Assembly: GCA_951406725.2 (NCBI GenBank)
Contig: OX597824.1
Location: 80,848,001-80,912,000, forward strand
Origin: Octopus vulgaris
Lineage: Eukaryota
Direction of reading: 5' to 3'
Length of the DNA stretch: 64,000 bases
Within the stretch, counting starts at the first letter, position 1, and the number at the start of each line of letters is the position of its first letter. Shown here piece after piece: positions 44,544-61,181 of this stretch. The notes beneath the pieces were generated by a model that saw nothing but the letters and a program-made list of their open reading frames with translations, had not been told where the DNA came from and did no database searches. Both the position numbers and the translations under genes were made by a program.

Positions 44544-45294
44544 CTAAAAGATTTTCGAATTTAAGTACAGAGTATATTAAATGATATATACAAACGTGTA
44601 TATATATATATATGCATATACACATACATGAATATGTGTGTGCATACATATACATCAATACGTGTACATGTATACGCACACACATATATACATAAACATG
44701 CATATATCCATACATATACACATACAAATATATGTATATATGTACATATACATACATACATACACACATACATACATATTTATATATATATAAATATATA
44801 TAAATATATATAAACATATATATATATATAAATATACAAACATACATGAGAAACACATTTTGGTAAAATGTAATTTCTTGCATCATTTCTCAATTATATA
44901 TTCCAAAGATGTAATCAAAGATTTTATTTAATTTTTTTCTCTTCTATCCATAATTCATTTCCGGTGAAGATAAATTGTGAAAAATTAGGTTAGAAAATGC
45001 TAGAAAACATTGGAATATATCTAAACTCTATAGAACATGTTATATTCTAGTCTCCAAACAACTCCTTCATCAAAGAACCTTATCTTTGATGGTATTTGTT
45101 CAGCTGCTGCTTCTTCATCAAATAAATTAACTACATCAAAGTGAGTGAAATGATTGCAATTTCGCTTTGTATATGTGTATATGTGCGCGTAAGTGTACAT
45201 ATATATGTGTGTGTTTGTGTGTATATATATGAATATATATGAGTTTGTATACATCCTTACGTATGTACTTGTAGTTCCCTCTGTCTATTACACA

Positions 45295-45334
<40 letters not shown>

Positions 45335-45494
45335 CATGCATATATATATATACATATATGTTTATATCTATATACGTATATAATGTATGTATGTTTGATT
45401 ATATTTTGAAATTAATATTCTTGAAAATATTTTTAGTCCAAAGATATTTGCGTGTCGCAAATGGGGAAGAACGTACGCAACTATATGCCAAAGA

Positions 45495-46005
<511 letters not shown>

Positions 46006-46460
46006 GCGAAAAGAGGAGTTGTAGGAGTTGTTGTTTTAGCACAGCCCTACGTCAATCCCGATGCGTCAATCATGACGTAAATCTTTCCACTTGGTACCCA
46101 TCCTGTATGTTGGGCACCATATTGTCCCAGCTGTTCCTCTTGTTTCTTTTCCAGTTTGAACGAGCGTGTAAATGTTGGGCAATGCTACTGTTATTTCTAG
46201 CATGTCGAAGGAACATGGATATTGCCATGTATGATCTTTTTCGTTTCAAACACATACTGTTTGCTTATTTGGTTTGGGAAGTTTAAGTGTTGAAAATCTT
46301 GTCTTTTATCTAAATATTGTGTTTCAAAGGAGTGCATTTTTGAAACGGTCATTTCTAGTATTATTTTGTTATCTCTAACAGGTTCAGCCGCTAATTAGAG
46401 GCTTCACCACTACCATATCATTATTATTATTATCATTATTATTATTATTTTTATTATTAC

Positions 46461-48300
<1,840 letters not shown>

Positions 48301-48303
<3 letters not shown>

Positions 48304-48827
48304 TAGTTTTATTTTTATTTTTATAGCGTGCTTTCACTTCACTACCGAGCGCAGCTCTGTGTGCCTTGGGTAGGTGCTGTGATTTGTTGTGATGCTCTGA
48401 TGGTTATTGTATGGAAAGTGTTCTGCGTAGGATGTGGGCAGTGCCTAGTAGTGCAATTTTCTGTATGTTATATGTGTTTGTAAGTCCTGGTGTTTTTGTT
48501 ATGTATTTGTCTGAATATTTTTTTATCATGCCTAATGCACCTACTATGATAGGAATTGTTTCTGTTTTCAGATTCCACATTCTAGTTACCTCTATTTCCA
48601 GGTCTTTGTATTTTGAGAGTTTCTCCATTTCTTTTAGAGACACGTTGTCATCTGCCGGTATTGATACATCAATTAAAAAGCATTTTTTTCTTCATGATCT
48701 CTGACAACTATATCTGGTCTGTTGGCCTTAATTTCTCTATCTGTGTGTATCGGCATATCCCAGAGTATGGTTGCTTTCTCGTTTTCTGTGACCTTTTCTG
48801 GTGTGTGCCTATACCATCTTTTTTCTG

Positions 48828-48832
<5 letters not shown>
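48301..48832 (-). mobile_element. R4/Dong-clade non-LTR retrotransposon 3' end (restriction-like endonuclease)
   Basis: WY.H.PEKV.ENE..ILWD..NRPDIV, EKLSKYKDLEIE..PIIVGALG..IQKIALLGTAHILRR; 3' end joins (AAT)n. Confidence 0.85.
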
Positions 48833-48858
<26 letters not shown>

Positions 48859-48861
48859 CAC

Positions 48862-48928
<67 letters not shown>

Positions 48929-49044
48929 GAGTGAGAGAGCAGTGCCTGCCATCAAAGTGACACTGGGGTAAAATATACGAAGCCCAGTATACCCATCATG
49001 ACTACCTGTCTGATAAGGGTACACCAGGCACATGCATCACAACC
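48929..49044 (-). mobile_element. Family-D element, short 3' fragment
   Basis: Matches 46537-46652. Confidence 0.8.
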
Positions 49045-49419
49045 GTATCTCTCGCACTCCCCCCTTTCTTCCCCTGGCTGCCCCTTCTTCTCTCTAGCTA
49101 AGTTGCTAAGGGTAATTGTGATCCACTCTATGGAGTATATATGAGTGGTGTTACGAAGCATATACACATACCCAAGCAAAAACACACACATACACATGCA
49201 CACATACGCATACAAATCTATATTCGTGTAATGGTGGTTACAATGGTATTGATAGTCGTTGGAGTGACGGGGGTGGGGCGAATGGTAGTGATGGTCATTC
49301 TAGTGATACAGTGGCGTTGACTAGAGTCACTTACCATTAAATGTACGAGGATGTGGTCAGAACGACCAGTAGTCGGGCAAATGACGTGGTTTTGGGGGAT
49401 ACTGAAGTTAAATATGAGC

Positions 49420-49645
49420 ATGACGGTGATGATGATGATGATGAGGAGGTGGATGAGGATGACGACGACGATGGTGGTGGTGATGATGATGATCATGTGG
49501 CTGTTGATGATGTTGTCGACGATGATGATGGTGATGACAACAGCGACACCTACCACGTCCTCGACGACGAGATCGAAGGTGATGATGTTGATAACGGTGA
49601 TGATGATGATGATGATGATGTTGATAATGGTGATGATGGTGGAGG

Positions 49646-49676
<31 letters not shown>

Positions 49677-50005
49677 AATGATGATGATGATGATGATAAT
49701 CATGATGTTGATAATGGTGATGATAATGAAGAGGAGAAGGAACAAGATGACGATGACAGCGAATATGATGATGATGATGATGACGACGACGACTACAACG
49801 GCGACGACGATTACAACGATGACGATGATGAGGATGTCGGTGCCAGCAACGTCGGTGGTGTTAGTGTAGGTATTGGTTGTGTTGGTGCTTATCATACTGA
49901 TGACAGTGGTGGTGGTGTTAGTGATGACAGCTGTAATAATGATGGTGATAGTGTTGTTGTTGATGATGACGATGATAATGATGATGATGAGGAGGAGGAT
50001 GAAGA
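49420..50005. repeat. Degenerate (GAT)n tract
   Basis: Directly visible. Confidence 0.9.
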
Positions 50006-50100
50006 ATAGCAGGAGGGTTCTAACGACGACGACGACGATAAACGGCCAGGATGACAGCCAAGTCCTCACGTACCTGTACGAAATTGATTGCCTCATTTAC

Positions 50101-50157
50101 CTATCTCCACAACCTTTCCATATCGATGTTTTGGCTCAACATGGAGCTGAAATGACT
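50101..50157 (-). CDS. Candidate 57-nt symmetric exon, (x)SFQLHVEPKHRYGKVVEI(G)
   Basis: Poly-T tract plus accag acceptor, AG|GTAAAT donor; only phase 1 is open. Confidence 0.45.
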   Translation of the reverse strand, partial: SHFSSMLSQNIDMERLWR

Positions 50158-50436
50158 CTGGTAAAAAAAAAAAATACAAACAAATTAACCAACAAACAAA
50201 CAAAAGAGAAAAAGAGAAAATATTGATCATAAGATTCAATTTATGCAACCCCTACCACATACACATCCATACCCATCATCCAATATTCACCAAAGAAAGC
50301 ATTCGACGTGCATTCATATATACATACATGCATGCATAATTGTGTGTGTGCATATGTATATATACATACATACATGCATACATATACACATGCATACATA
50401 CTTACATATATATATGTGTATGTGTATATCTATATA

Positions 50437-50510
<74 letters not shown>

Positions 50511-50713
50511 CATATATGTCTGTATATATATTTATATATATATATATACACATATATGTATATACATATGCATATATATACACACATATACAATATGTAT
50601 ATACATATATATATATGTATATATATACGTATATATATATGTATATATATATGTATATATATATATATGTATATACATATATATGTATATACATATATAT
50701 GTATATACATATG

Positions 50714-50765
<52 letters not shown>

Positions 50766-51189
50766 AATAAACATGCGTATACATATATGTATATGCGCGC
50801 GCGTGTGTGTGTGTTATATAATCTTTATGTGAATAAAACGAACAAAAACAGAACAAAACAAAAAAAAAACATATATAAAGAGAAAACAAAGAAAAATGCA
50901 GAAAACTGAAGAACTCTTGTAGACGATTCTATAAATTCTGTAAATGTCCTTACAGCAGGAGCCACGACCAAACTATTAAACACCTGACTCCTTCATAGAA
51001 GACAACACATAACGCATCCTCTTCCTTATACTCCTGCTACTGCTGCTGCTGCTGCTGCTACTGGTGTTGCTGCTACTGGTGCTGCTGTTGTTTTATGTTT
51101 CATATATATATATATATACTTGTTTTTTTTTTTTGGGGGGGGGGGTTTGTTTGCTGTTTGTTTGTTTTTGCTACTTCGCTAATAAATAT

Positions 51190-51236
<47 letters not shown>

Positions 51237-51442
51237 GCTTTCTCAATAAGCACGCATTGTAAATGTGCGTGCGTGTACGTTGAGTGTGTGTGTATGTGTG
51301 TGTGTGTGTGCGTGTGTGTGTGTGTGTGTGTGTCTGTGTGTGTGTGTGCGTGTGCGTGTATTTGTGAGTTTGCGAATGCGCGCATGTGTGTATACTTTTG
51401 CGTGTTAATAAGGTCGTAGATGTGCCAAGGAGCCAGCGCATA

Positions 51443-51503
<61 letters not shown>

Positions 51504-51542
51504 GTAATAATAATAATAGTAATAATAATAATAATAATGATG

Positions 51543-51576
<34 letters not shown>

Positions 51577-51604
51577 GGTAATAATAATAATAATAAGTCA
51601 GAGC

Positions 51605-51697
<93 letters not shown>

Positions 51698-51773
51698 GTT
51701 ATAGTAATAATAATAATAATAATAATAATGATAATATTAATAATAATAATAATAATAATAGTGATAGTAATAG

Positions 51774-51836
<63 letters not shown>

Positions 51837-51963
51837 TAGTAATAATGATAAATGCTTGAAAGTTCTTGAATCGAATTAGTAACTGGATTTTTATGCATAC
51901 TTGGTGTTGTATGGCGCGTATGTATGTGGTAGATATAACACAATAAATATAATGGACGTTTAC

Positions 51964-51975
51964 CGAAACGAAACA
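51964..51975 (-). CDS. Candidate 12-nt microexon, (x)FRF(G), or start of a longer phase-1 exon
   Basis: ttccttctag|TGTTTCGTTTCG|gtaaac; frame stays open for more than 40 codons. Confidence 0.25.
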
Positions 51976-52428
51976 CTAGAAGGAATTTATTATAGCAAAA
52001 CGAAAAAAAAAAACACATGAAAAAAAAATAGAAAAGAAAACAAAAGCAAAATATAAAACGAAAATGCAAAAACGGAAGAGCAAAAAAAATATATATAATA
52101 ATAACTGAATTTTGTTAACTCAGTGATCGATTTTTATCAATAAATGTGTGGGCAACATTTCTAGATATTACTTATGCATGACTGTTTCGTGTCGTTTCGT
52201 TTCGTTTTTTTTGCTTTGCTTCTTTTCGTTTTTTTGGTTGTTCCCTTGCAACGTGAAATGCAGGAATTAGAATGATGTGAAAGCTTGTGTGGCATTATTA
52301 CATAGAAAGGAAGATTTTGTTTTATTTATTTATTTATCTATTTATTTATGTGCGTATTTTTATGTTTTCATTTACGCACACTGTATGTGTATTATGTATA
52401 AAACACTAACTACTGACATGCGTAAGTG

Positions 52429-52460
<32 letters not shown>

Positions 52461-52665
52461 CGTATGTGTGTAAATCCCAATATGTATGTATATATATTCT
52501 TTTATTTTTGTTTCAGTCATTTGACTACAACCATACTTAAAGGGTTTTTTAGTCGAAGAAATCTACCTCGGGATTTATTCTTTGTAAGCCAAGTACTTAT
52601 TTTATCGGTCACTTTTGCTGAACCCAACGACGGTTGTCAAGCAGTTGGTGACACATAAAAAAAAC

Positions 52666-52956
52666 GTCCCCCTTTTCAAGCCTAGCCAGGCTCATGGGCC
52701 CGGTTTCCCGGTTTCTGTGGCGTATGTGTTCCCTCAGCTGGACGGGACGCCACTCCATCGCAGCGTTACTCAAGAAACAGGAAGAGAGAGTGAGAGAAAG
52801 TTGTGGCGAAAGAGTACAACACCCTGCTGGAGCCTCGTCGAGCTCTTTTTAGGTGTTTTTACTCAATTAACACACACAACGCCCGGTCTGGGAATCGAAA
52901 CTGCGATCCTCCGACCGCGAGTCCGCTGCCATAACCACTGGGCCATTGCGCCTCCA
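52666..52956 (-). mobile_element. tRNA-derived SINE, family E1, nested in a family-B SINE
   Basis: Head ggaggcgcaatggcccagtggtta..gtttcgattccc; V-SINE-like ctgcgatggagtggcgtcccgtccag; family-B halves at ~52505-52655 and ~53010-53100. Confidence 0.75.
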
Positions 52957-53494
52957 CGAGTGGCACATACGTAAATATATATTTTAAATTCTTTAATAAA
53001 TTCTTTATAAATAGAAGACACTTGATCAATGTGCCATGCAGTGGGACAGAACCCGGCACCATGTGGTTTGGAAGCAAACTTCTTACCACTTAGCCACGCC
53101 TGGACCTATATCCACAAAACACACCTACTCCTATAACTACACAACCACGCCTGCCCAAGGTGCCATGCAGTGGAACTGAACCCTCAACCACGTTGTTGGG
53201 AATCAATGCTTTTTACCACAAAGTCACGCCTGCTCCTGTTTATATAATTGTACATCTTTTATCCTTTATTTGTTTCAATCATTGGACTGCGGCCATGCTT
53301 GGGCACAACATTGAGGGGTTTTAGACGAACATATCGAATCCAGTATTTACTTATTTGCTTATTTATTTATATATTTATTTATTTATTCATTTCTTTATTA
53401 CTATTAAAAAAATTTAATCTGCATGTTTGTTACAATCATTTGCCGAGACACACCCAGCGTCCTAAGGCGAATGAAGGGTAAGAGATGTTACATT

Positions 53495-54330
53495 ATGATT
53501 GAAATCTTGGGGAGGGGAAGTGGCTGGGGCAGCAGCGAAATATCTTCATGTAATACAACACAGATATTGAAATGAACAGGGTTTTCCTATGGATGTGGGC
53601 AGTACTTGTCAACACAATCTTTTGGACTTCTCTGAGACATGGTTCTCCTGGGATCTTATCTAGATATTTCTGACATCTTTCTTTTTTTTTCAATAACAGA
53701 CAGAGTTCTTGCTTTAAGATGCCACAACTTTTGTATTTCAATTCCCAGGTCCTTATATATACTTAATTTGTCAAATACTTTTGCAGATATATTTTTATTG
53801 GAGGGAACACTTAAATCTATTAGTCTACATTGTAGACCCTACAAGTATTGTCTTCTTTGTCTTCAATAATGATGTCTGGTCGATTAACCGGATCGTTCTG
53901 TCAGTGTTGCCTGGAAAATGCCAGAGAATAATGACATTTTTACCTTCAACAATTGGCTCAGGGTGATGTCCATACCCGTAAGCAGATGAGCTGATTTTAC
54001 AGTGTTTACATATTTTCCAATGTAAATACTGTCGTACCTTATCGTGGCGATTTTTGTATCCGTTTGGTGTCAGCATAGGACATCCCAAGACGAATTGGTC
54101 TGTTGTTTCTTGAAATGTATCGCAGAATCTGCATTTAGGATTAGAACTGTTTTCAAGAACGTTAGCCTGGTAGATTCTGGTAAGCAAGCGTTGATCTCTA
54201 TCTATTCAGGCAACGTCGATTTGATAGTTAGAAGGACTAATGTACAGCACATACATTTGACCGCTATAAATAAATTATTTGTGCAGGTCTCTCGGCAAAA
54301 ACTGAACACTCATGCGTAGTATTCAGCAGA
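53495..54330 (-). mobile_element. Degenerate R4/Dong-clade 3' fragment
   Basis: Zinc knuckle CRFC..ET.D....GC, RHD motif, LHWKIC, ILW, YKDL, VQKIVLTSTAHI. Confidence 0.8.
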
Positions 54331-54349
54331 AAAGACCATTATCATCATT

Positions 54350-54385
<36 letters not shown>

Positions 54386-54439
54386 GTCGTCATCGTCATT
54401 GTCGTTGTCGTCGTCGTCGTCATCATTATCATTATAAAA

Positions 54440-55102
54440 CTTCAAATTAGGCACAAGGTCCAAAATTTGGAGAGGGGGGCAGTCGATTAGATCGACCCCA
54501 GTACGTAACAGGTAGTTAATTTATTGACCTCGAAAGGATGAAAAGCAAAGGCGACCTGAGCGGAATTTGAACTCAGGACGTAGACAGAGGAAATACATAT
54601 TTCTATTTTTTTACTACCCACAATGGGCTAAACACAGAGAGAACACACAAGGACAAACAAACGGTCAAACAAAAGTCGATTATATCGACCCCAGTGCGTA
54701 ACTGGTACTCTAATTTATCGACCCTGAAAGGATGAAAGGCAAAGTCGACCTCGTCGGAATTTGAACCCAGAACGTAAAGACAGACGAAATACCTATTTCT
54801 TTACTACCCACAAGGGGCTAAACACAGAGGGGACAAACAAAGACAGACAAACGGATTAAGTCGATTATATCGACTCCAGTATGTATATATGTATCTATTT
54901 ATATATGTATGAATCTATGTATGTATATGTGTATACATGTGACTATGTGTGTATTGTATCATTTTTACTTCCTGTATTCTCCCCAGGGGCTAATGGTCCT
55001 CTCACTAACCCGGCGGAATTTGAACTCAGAACGTAACGGCAGAAAAAATACCGCTAAGCATTTCGAACGGCGTGCTAACGATTCTGTTATTTCGCCGCCT
55101 TA
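54440..55102 (-). mobile_element. Family-A SINE trimer interrupted by a foreign ~130-bp segment (54879-55010)
   Basis: Module homology on both sides of the insert. Confidence 0.8.
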
Positions 55103-55146
55103 AATCTTCAAATTATTCTATTGGTCTATTCTGCCGAACCGCTATG

Positions 55147-55258
<112 letters not shown>

Positions 55259-55350
55259 CCTTCTTTCCTGAGCGTCCAATGATACTATATTTGTTCCACG
55301 TTCTCGCGTTTTTGTGTTTTTTTGTGTTTTCTTGTTTGTTTTCTATATAT

Positions 55351-55405
<55 letters not shown>

Positions 55406-56173
55406 CAATAAAGATTCAACTTAATTTAAATAATTTATATATATAACTTAGATAAAAAAACTATACTGATTTAACAATACAGTAATATGGGGTGATATAA
55501 GCGAGAATGAAGCAACATTCTTGTTGCTTCATATATATATATATATGTAAGATAGTTTTGGCGATTATTTCTACTAGACTGAACGACGTGTCCAAGCTTA
55601 AGTGGATGATCAGAAGATGCTAGTAAATATATTTATCTGCTATTACTTGTACGTCGAAAAACTTCGTAGAGATTTTCATCATGTCGGTTCGAGCTTTCAA
55701 GTGATTTATTTAAAGCCAGTTTTAAGTCAGGTAAAAATCACATGCTACAACGGTTGAATTCAGCTATTTGCCTCGGATTTTATTTGATTCGCGCACGCCA
55801 TCTTGTATAAGCGAAGTAATTATCGTTTCCAGGCGTGAGACGACGGGAGATAATTTCCTTTGCGTGTGGCTGTATTCGAAGGACTTCACTCCACTCCTGT
55901 TGGCTCAATGAAAGACGAAAAGAGAGATGATTAAAGGCATATAGCTACAATTAGTACAGTATAATAAACGACAAAGAAACATAGAGAATATAAATAACTA
56001 GGTTAGTGAGAGGACCATTAGTCCCTGGAGAGAATACAGGAAGTAAAAATGATGCAATGCACACATACTCACATACATACACATATACATATACATAGAT
56101 TCATACATACGTAAATAGATACATATATACATACATATAAATATATTATATAGAAGCAATTATCTCATCTGTA

Positions 56174-56229
<56 letters not shown>

Positions 56230-56256
56230 ATGAATATATATATATACGTGTATGTA

Positions 56257-56330
<74 letters not shown>

Positions 56331-56418
56331 AGTATGTGTGTGCGTGTGTATATATATATATATTATATAGAGGTAATTATCTCATCTGTGAACTATATTA
56401 TGTACAAATATATGTATA

Positions 56419-56452
<34 letters not shown>

Positions 56453-56461
56453 AGAGACTGT

Positions 56462-56505
56462 TTATTTCCATTTTCTACAAGGGGGGCTCCATATACGACA
56501 TAACC
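56462..56505 (-). other. Candidate terminal exon, (x)[13 protein letters not shown], with overlapping AATAAA
   Basis: gcag acceptor, phase 1; stop lies within AATAAA. Confidence 0.22.
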
Positions 56506-56557
56506 CTGCGATTCACATACGCAAAATCGGAGTAGCAAATAAACGAAAACAAATATA

Positions 56558-56616
<59 letters not shown>

Positions 56617-56959
56617 ATATATATGCATATATACATACGTATGTTTATATATATATATATATATATATATACAAATACATACATATATATATATACATGT
56701 GTGTGTGTTTGTGCCCTCACCATTGCTTGATAACCGATGCTGAGATGTCTACGTCCCCGTCACTTAGCGGTCCCACAAAACGGTCCGGCAAAACGATATA
56801 ATGAGTACTAGGCTTACAAAGAATATATTCTCGGGTCGATTTCTTCGACTAAAGGTATGCTCCAGCATGGCCGCTGTCAAAAGACTGAAACAAATAAAAG
56901 AGTAAAAGAGCAAAGTGTATATGTATGTTTGTGTATAGCGTTTCGATTGAGAATGTGAA

Positions 56960-57445
56960 TCACAATGACCCTTATGTGCGCACAGTTTGTGACAGACCAT
57001 GCCTTTCTTCTGCTGGGCTCAAATATCATTTGCGAACCCATGGAAAACGAACCTCCACCAAATATTCTGCCTATATATCTATGCACAACTTTCAAAGCAA
57101 TGTATGCCAGAAGGTTTGAAAATCTAACGGAGGTCTCAAAAGACATTTTACGATCATCAAAGATCAGAACTTCTCTGCAGGACTTAGTGGTTCAAATCGG
57201 GTATGCAATCTATGTGGGTGTCTTTTCAAAAACATTGTCTGGTTTAAAAAGCCACATCAAATGCCATGATGATTCTAAGGTGTAGGTACAGGAGGTGGTC
57301 AAACTCTGCATAAGGACAGTTCTACGAAGGCTGAAGAGTATATCAGCCGAAACGCTGTGTTAACAACAAACAAGATGAGGACAAATATCCGTCAAACGTA
57401 AATAATGTAAATAGTCTGCATAAGGAGGAGACAACCACCATGCAA
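56960..57445 (+). mobile_element. RTE-group LINE 3' end with degenerate C2H2-like fingers
   Basis: VCDRPCLSSAGLKYHLRTH and KTLSGLKSHIKCH, followed by a short 3' UTR. Confidence 0.65.
57317..57414 (+). mobile_element. 98-bp PLE-like insert with 12-bp TSD and degenerate hammerhead
   Basis: TSD tctgcataagga at 57305 and 57415; gtt-CT(-)ACGA-aggctg..cagcc-GAAA-cgctgtg-TT-aac. Confidence 0.65.
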
Positions 57446-57559
57446 CATACACATAGACATTCATTCATATCTATAAACTAAATAAAGTGGATCTCGGTCA
57501 GAAATTTTGGACCATAAGGCTCCAGTTAAATGATCAGATGAACAGTCTGGTTCCAAGTG

Positions 57560-57778
57560 GTCTAGCAGGCTGAAAAGTTCTTGGCTTTGGGAAAAGAAAA
57601 TGCAGAAGATTTACTCAATCATGAGTTTATTGAACATATTTCCTTCTCAGATTCACACACTTATTGTAGCGGTCCTCCAAATTTTCAAAGCCCTGTACAA
57701 ATAACTCGACATGCCGGGTCTCCAACCAGGCCTTTCGCAATATCCTTAAGGCCATGAACTTAACATCACCCCTCGCAT
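57560..57778 (-). mobile_element. Mariner-derived MITE
   Basis: gctgaaaagttcttggctt...aggccatgaactt..cacccctcg imperfect terminal inverted repeats. Confidence 0.6.
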
Positions 57779-57801
57779 ATATATATATATACATATATAT
57801 C

Positions 57802-58101
57802 ACTTGATCACTTGACTGACCAGACCATCAGATGTTGTTACACATCGCTGGTCACAATGCGTTCGCATTGTTTTAGCCTTCGAATGAAGCCACCCCGCTG
57901 GCTAAGCGAGCAGGCCAATAGAAGAAAGAGTAGGAGAAAGAGTGGTGAAAGAGTACAGCAGGGATTACCACCCCCTGCCGGAGCCTCGTGGAGCTTTTAG
58001 GTGTTTTCGCTCAATAAACACACAACGCCCGGTCTGGGAATTGAAACCGCGATCCTGCGACCGCGAGTCCGCTGCACTAACCTCTAGGCCATTGCGCCTC
58101 C
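57802..58101 (-). mobile_element. tRNA-derived SINE, family E2
   Basis: Same head as 52666 with a different 3' half. Confidence 0.75.
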
Positions 58102-58592
58102 ACATATATATATATAGAAGGAAATAGAGAGAGACACACGCATATAACTGTTATGTATGTATTCATATAGATATATAGATATGTATATATCTATACATAC
58201 ACACACATACACAAATATATAGATGATAGCAATAATCCTTGCGTGGAACTCATAAATAAATAAATAAGTAACTGGTAAACCAGTCAGCATCATTAGACTG
58301 CTGCCGGCATAATGTAATAGGACGGTTATTTGCATATTCAAAACGCTTCCCGAAACAAGTTTAAAAGAAACCCCTATATGTATGTGTATGTGTGTGTGTG
58401 TTTGTGTGTGTGTGTTTGTGTGTGTGCGTGTGTGTGTGTGTGTGTGTGTTAATGTATTAACTAGACACAAGACTTTCACAACGTGTATTCATCTAATCAG
58501 GACATTTATACACCGAGGGTGCTGTGCACTACTTAGAGGTCATGTAAGTCTATGGCCGATGTAAATAAAAGAAAGAACGAATTTATTATTTA

Positions 58593-58984
58593 CTAGCAGT
58601 ATCGCCCGGCGTTGCTCGGGTTTGTAAGGGAAATAACTATAAAGCATTTTTAGAGAGTTATAGCCAAAAAATAGCAAAAAAATGCATTAAAAATGGAAAA
58701 AATATGATGGTAAATTTTTTAAAATCATTGACTCATCGTAGACATTTATAGAGAGTTACTTCCCTTTAATTAAAAAAATTTGCATTAAAATGGAAAAAAA
58801 TGATGGTAAATTATTTTTAAAATCGTAGACTCATCGTAGACGCGCGATAATACCCAGAAGGGCTCGATATGAATCACGACTATAAGATACCTGGTTTTGG
58901 TTAAACTGCACCGCAAAATGTGGGAGTAGTTAGGAATCTAAATCGTAGGAGACAGACACACAACTTGACTTTTATATATAAAGA
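58593..58984 (-). mobile_element. Non-autonomous Helitron
   Basis: Minus strand A|TC start, subterminal hairpin cccg-agcaacgc-cggg, CTAG|T end, no TSD. Confidence 0.85.
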
Positions 58985-59129
58985 TGTTTCATATTTATTG
59001 TCTTTGCATAGCTTTTAATGCTAGAAGTGTACTACGGCGCCAGTTGTTCACTACCAGTGAACTAGAGTAACACCATTTATTTTTCGAGTACCATCCGGAG
59101 ATTTCGAGCGGTTATCATTATAAGTCGCA

Positions 59130-59440
59130 TTTGTTTGGTTAGTTGGTTGTCCGTGGACAAGATATCTCAAGAACCACTGGCTGGATTCGAATGAACCTTT
59201 CAAGGATGTTTGGCCTGGTGACTGGCACGAACTGATTAGATTTTGAGATCGATCCGGTACCCTACAAGGATTATAGATTGCTTTTCTTGTTTTATTATAC
59301 CTTATTTTTGAGAGCGGTCTGTTTCATTTTCAGTATTCTCGCTTGTGAGAGCAGTCGAGTTTATTTCAGATATTCTCATTTTAAAAATGATCTCTGGCTC
59401 ATCGTTGAGAGGACGTTAGTGTTGCTTTGGCTGAGGTTTC
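59130..59440 (+). mobile_element. Possible Helentron/HINE-like non-autonomous fragment
   Basis: gtccgtggacaagatatctcaagaaccactggctggattc..attagatttt..ttggctgaggttt pattern, recognised from memory only. Confidence 0.4.
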
Positions 59441-59650
59441 TTCTTCTTCTTCTTCTTCTTCTTCTTCTTCTTCTTCTTCTTCTTCTTCTTCTTCTTCTTC
59501 TTCTTCTTCTTCTTCTTCTTCTTCTTCTTCTTCTTCTTCTTCTTCTTCTTCTTCTTCTTCTCTTCTTCTTCTTCTTCTTCTTCTTCTTCTTCTTCTTCTT
59601 CTTCTTCTTCTTCTTCTTCTTCTTCTTCTTCTTCTTCTTCTTCTTCATTC

Positions 59651-59699
<49 letters not shown>

Positions 59700-59781
59700 C
59701 CTCCTCATCATCATCATCATGATGATGATTATCATTATTATTATTACTATTATTATTATTATTATTATTGTTGTTATCATT

Positions 59782-59876
<95 letters not shown>

Positions 59877-59890
59877 TAGCAGTAGTAGTA
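59440..59890. repeat. (CTT)n/(CAT)n/(TAT)n/(CAG)n/(TAG)n compound tract
   Basis: Directly visible. Confidence 0.95.
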
Positions 59891-60099
59891 TTTCGTGCAA
59901 CCTGAGTTCAAACACCTTTCGGTAGAAATATGTAGCAGACGAATGCTGAGATCAATGGAACAGACGGTGCCACTTATTCGGATTCCAAGATTAGTTCTTC
60001 GTTTATTCTTTAAATCCTTATGGCCTTGCAAGTGAATTACAAGTTATTTTTTAATATATTGTTGTTATTTTTTTAATGAATATTACGTAATATTCTGTT

Positions 60100-60302
60100 A
60101 GAATCGTTAGCTCTCCGGGTAAAAGGCTTAGCAGCATCTCGTCAGTCTTTATGTTCTGAGTTCAAATTCCGCCGAGGTCGACTTTGCCGTTCATCTTTTC
60201 GGAGTTGATAAATTAAATACTAGTTGCGTACTGGGGTTGAGATAACAGACTGGTCCCCTCCCCTCAAATTTCTGGCCTTGCGTCTTTAGTAGAAGGGATT
60301 AT
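60100..60302 (+). mobile_element. Family-A SINE monomer with B-tail
   Basis: Homology to 10430. Confidence 0.8.
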
Positions 60303-60375
60303 TGATACTACTGTTTTTGTTGTTTATTTGTTTCAGGTTGCAAGCTGTGACCATAACGAGGCTGAGTCATTATAT

Positions 60376-60495
<120 letters not shown>

Positions 60496-60517
60496 CATAC
60501 ATATATGTATATATAAT

Positions 60518-60705
60518 GGCTCAGGAGTGGGGTTGTGGTAAGAAGCTTGCTTCCCAACCACATGGTTCCGGGTTCAGCCGGAGAGACCGATAGAATAAGT
60601 ACTGGGCTTACAAAATATAATTCCTTGGGTTGATTTGTTCGACTAAAGGCAGTGCCCCAGCATGGCCGCAGTCAAATGACTGAAACAAGAAAAACTAAAG
60701 AATGA
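60518..60705 (+). mobile_element. Internally deleted family-B SINE
   Basis: Head fused directly to the gagaccgatagaataagtact tail. Confidence 0.75.
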
Positions 60706-60752
60706 ACAAAAATGTGTATATATATGTACGTATATGTATGTATATACTTATG

Positions 60753-60810
<58 letters not shown>

Positions 60811-60812
60811 CA

Positions 60813-60853
<41 letters not shown>

Positions 60854-60899
60854 GTATATATATATGCATACATACATATGCATATATATGTTGTTGATT

Positions 60900-61082
60900 C
60901 GCTAACTTCTGCACGCATTTTTTTCTCTCCTTGTTTCTCTCCGTGTTTCTTTTCTGTGTATCTTTCTGTTGAAGAGCGTAGGCTCGAAACGTAAAAGACT
61001 TGTTTTATTTATATTCCCGAGCGCCATACTAATACAATTGTTTGTTTATATTCCACCTGCCTTCGTCTTTTGTTTATTTTCA
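60900..61082 (+). mobile_element. Second PLE-like terminal repeat family with variant hammerhead core (60961-60998)
   Basis: tcttt-CTGTTGA-agagcgtaggctc-GAAA-cgta-aaaga; 3' end abuts (TG)n(TA)n. Confidence 0.55.
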
Positions 61083-61096
61083 TGTGTGTGTGTGTG

Positions 61097-61181
<85 letters not shown>

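Noticed and set aside
46070-46330. Unique-looking segment with a 61-aa ORF
   Set aside because: No recognisable motif in any frame and no splice signals I could pair
51955-51975. FRFG-KR resembling an RFamide neuropeptide cleavage site
   Set aside because: Single occurrence with no signal peptide or repeated peptide copies; KR may lie past a splice donor
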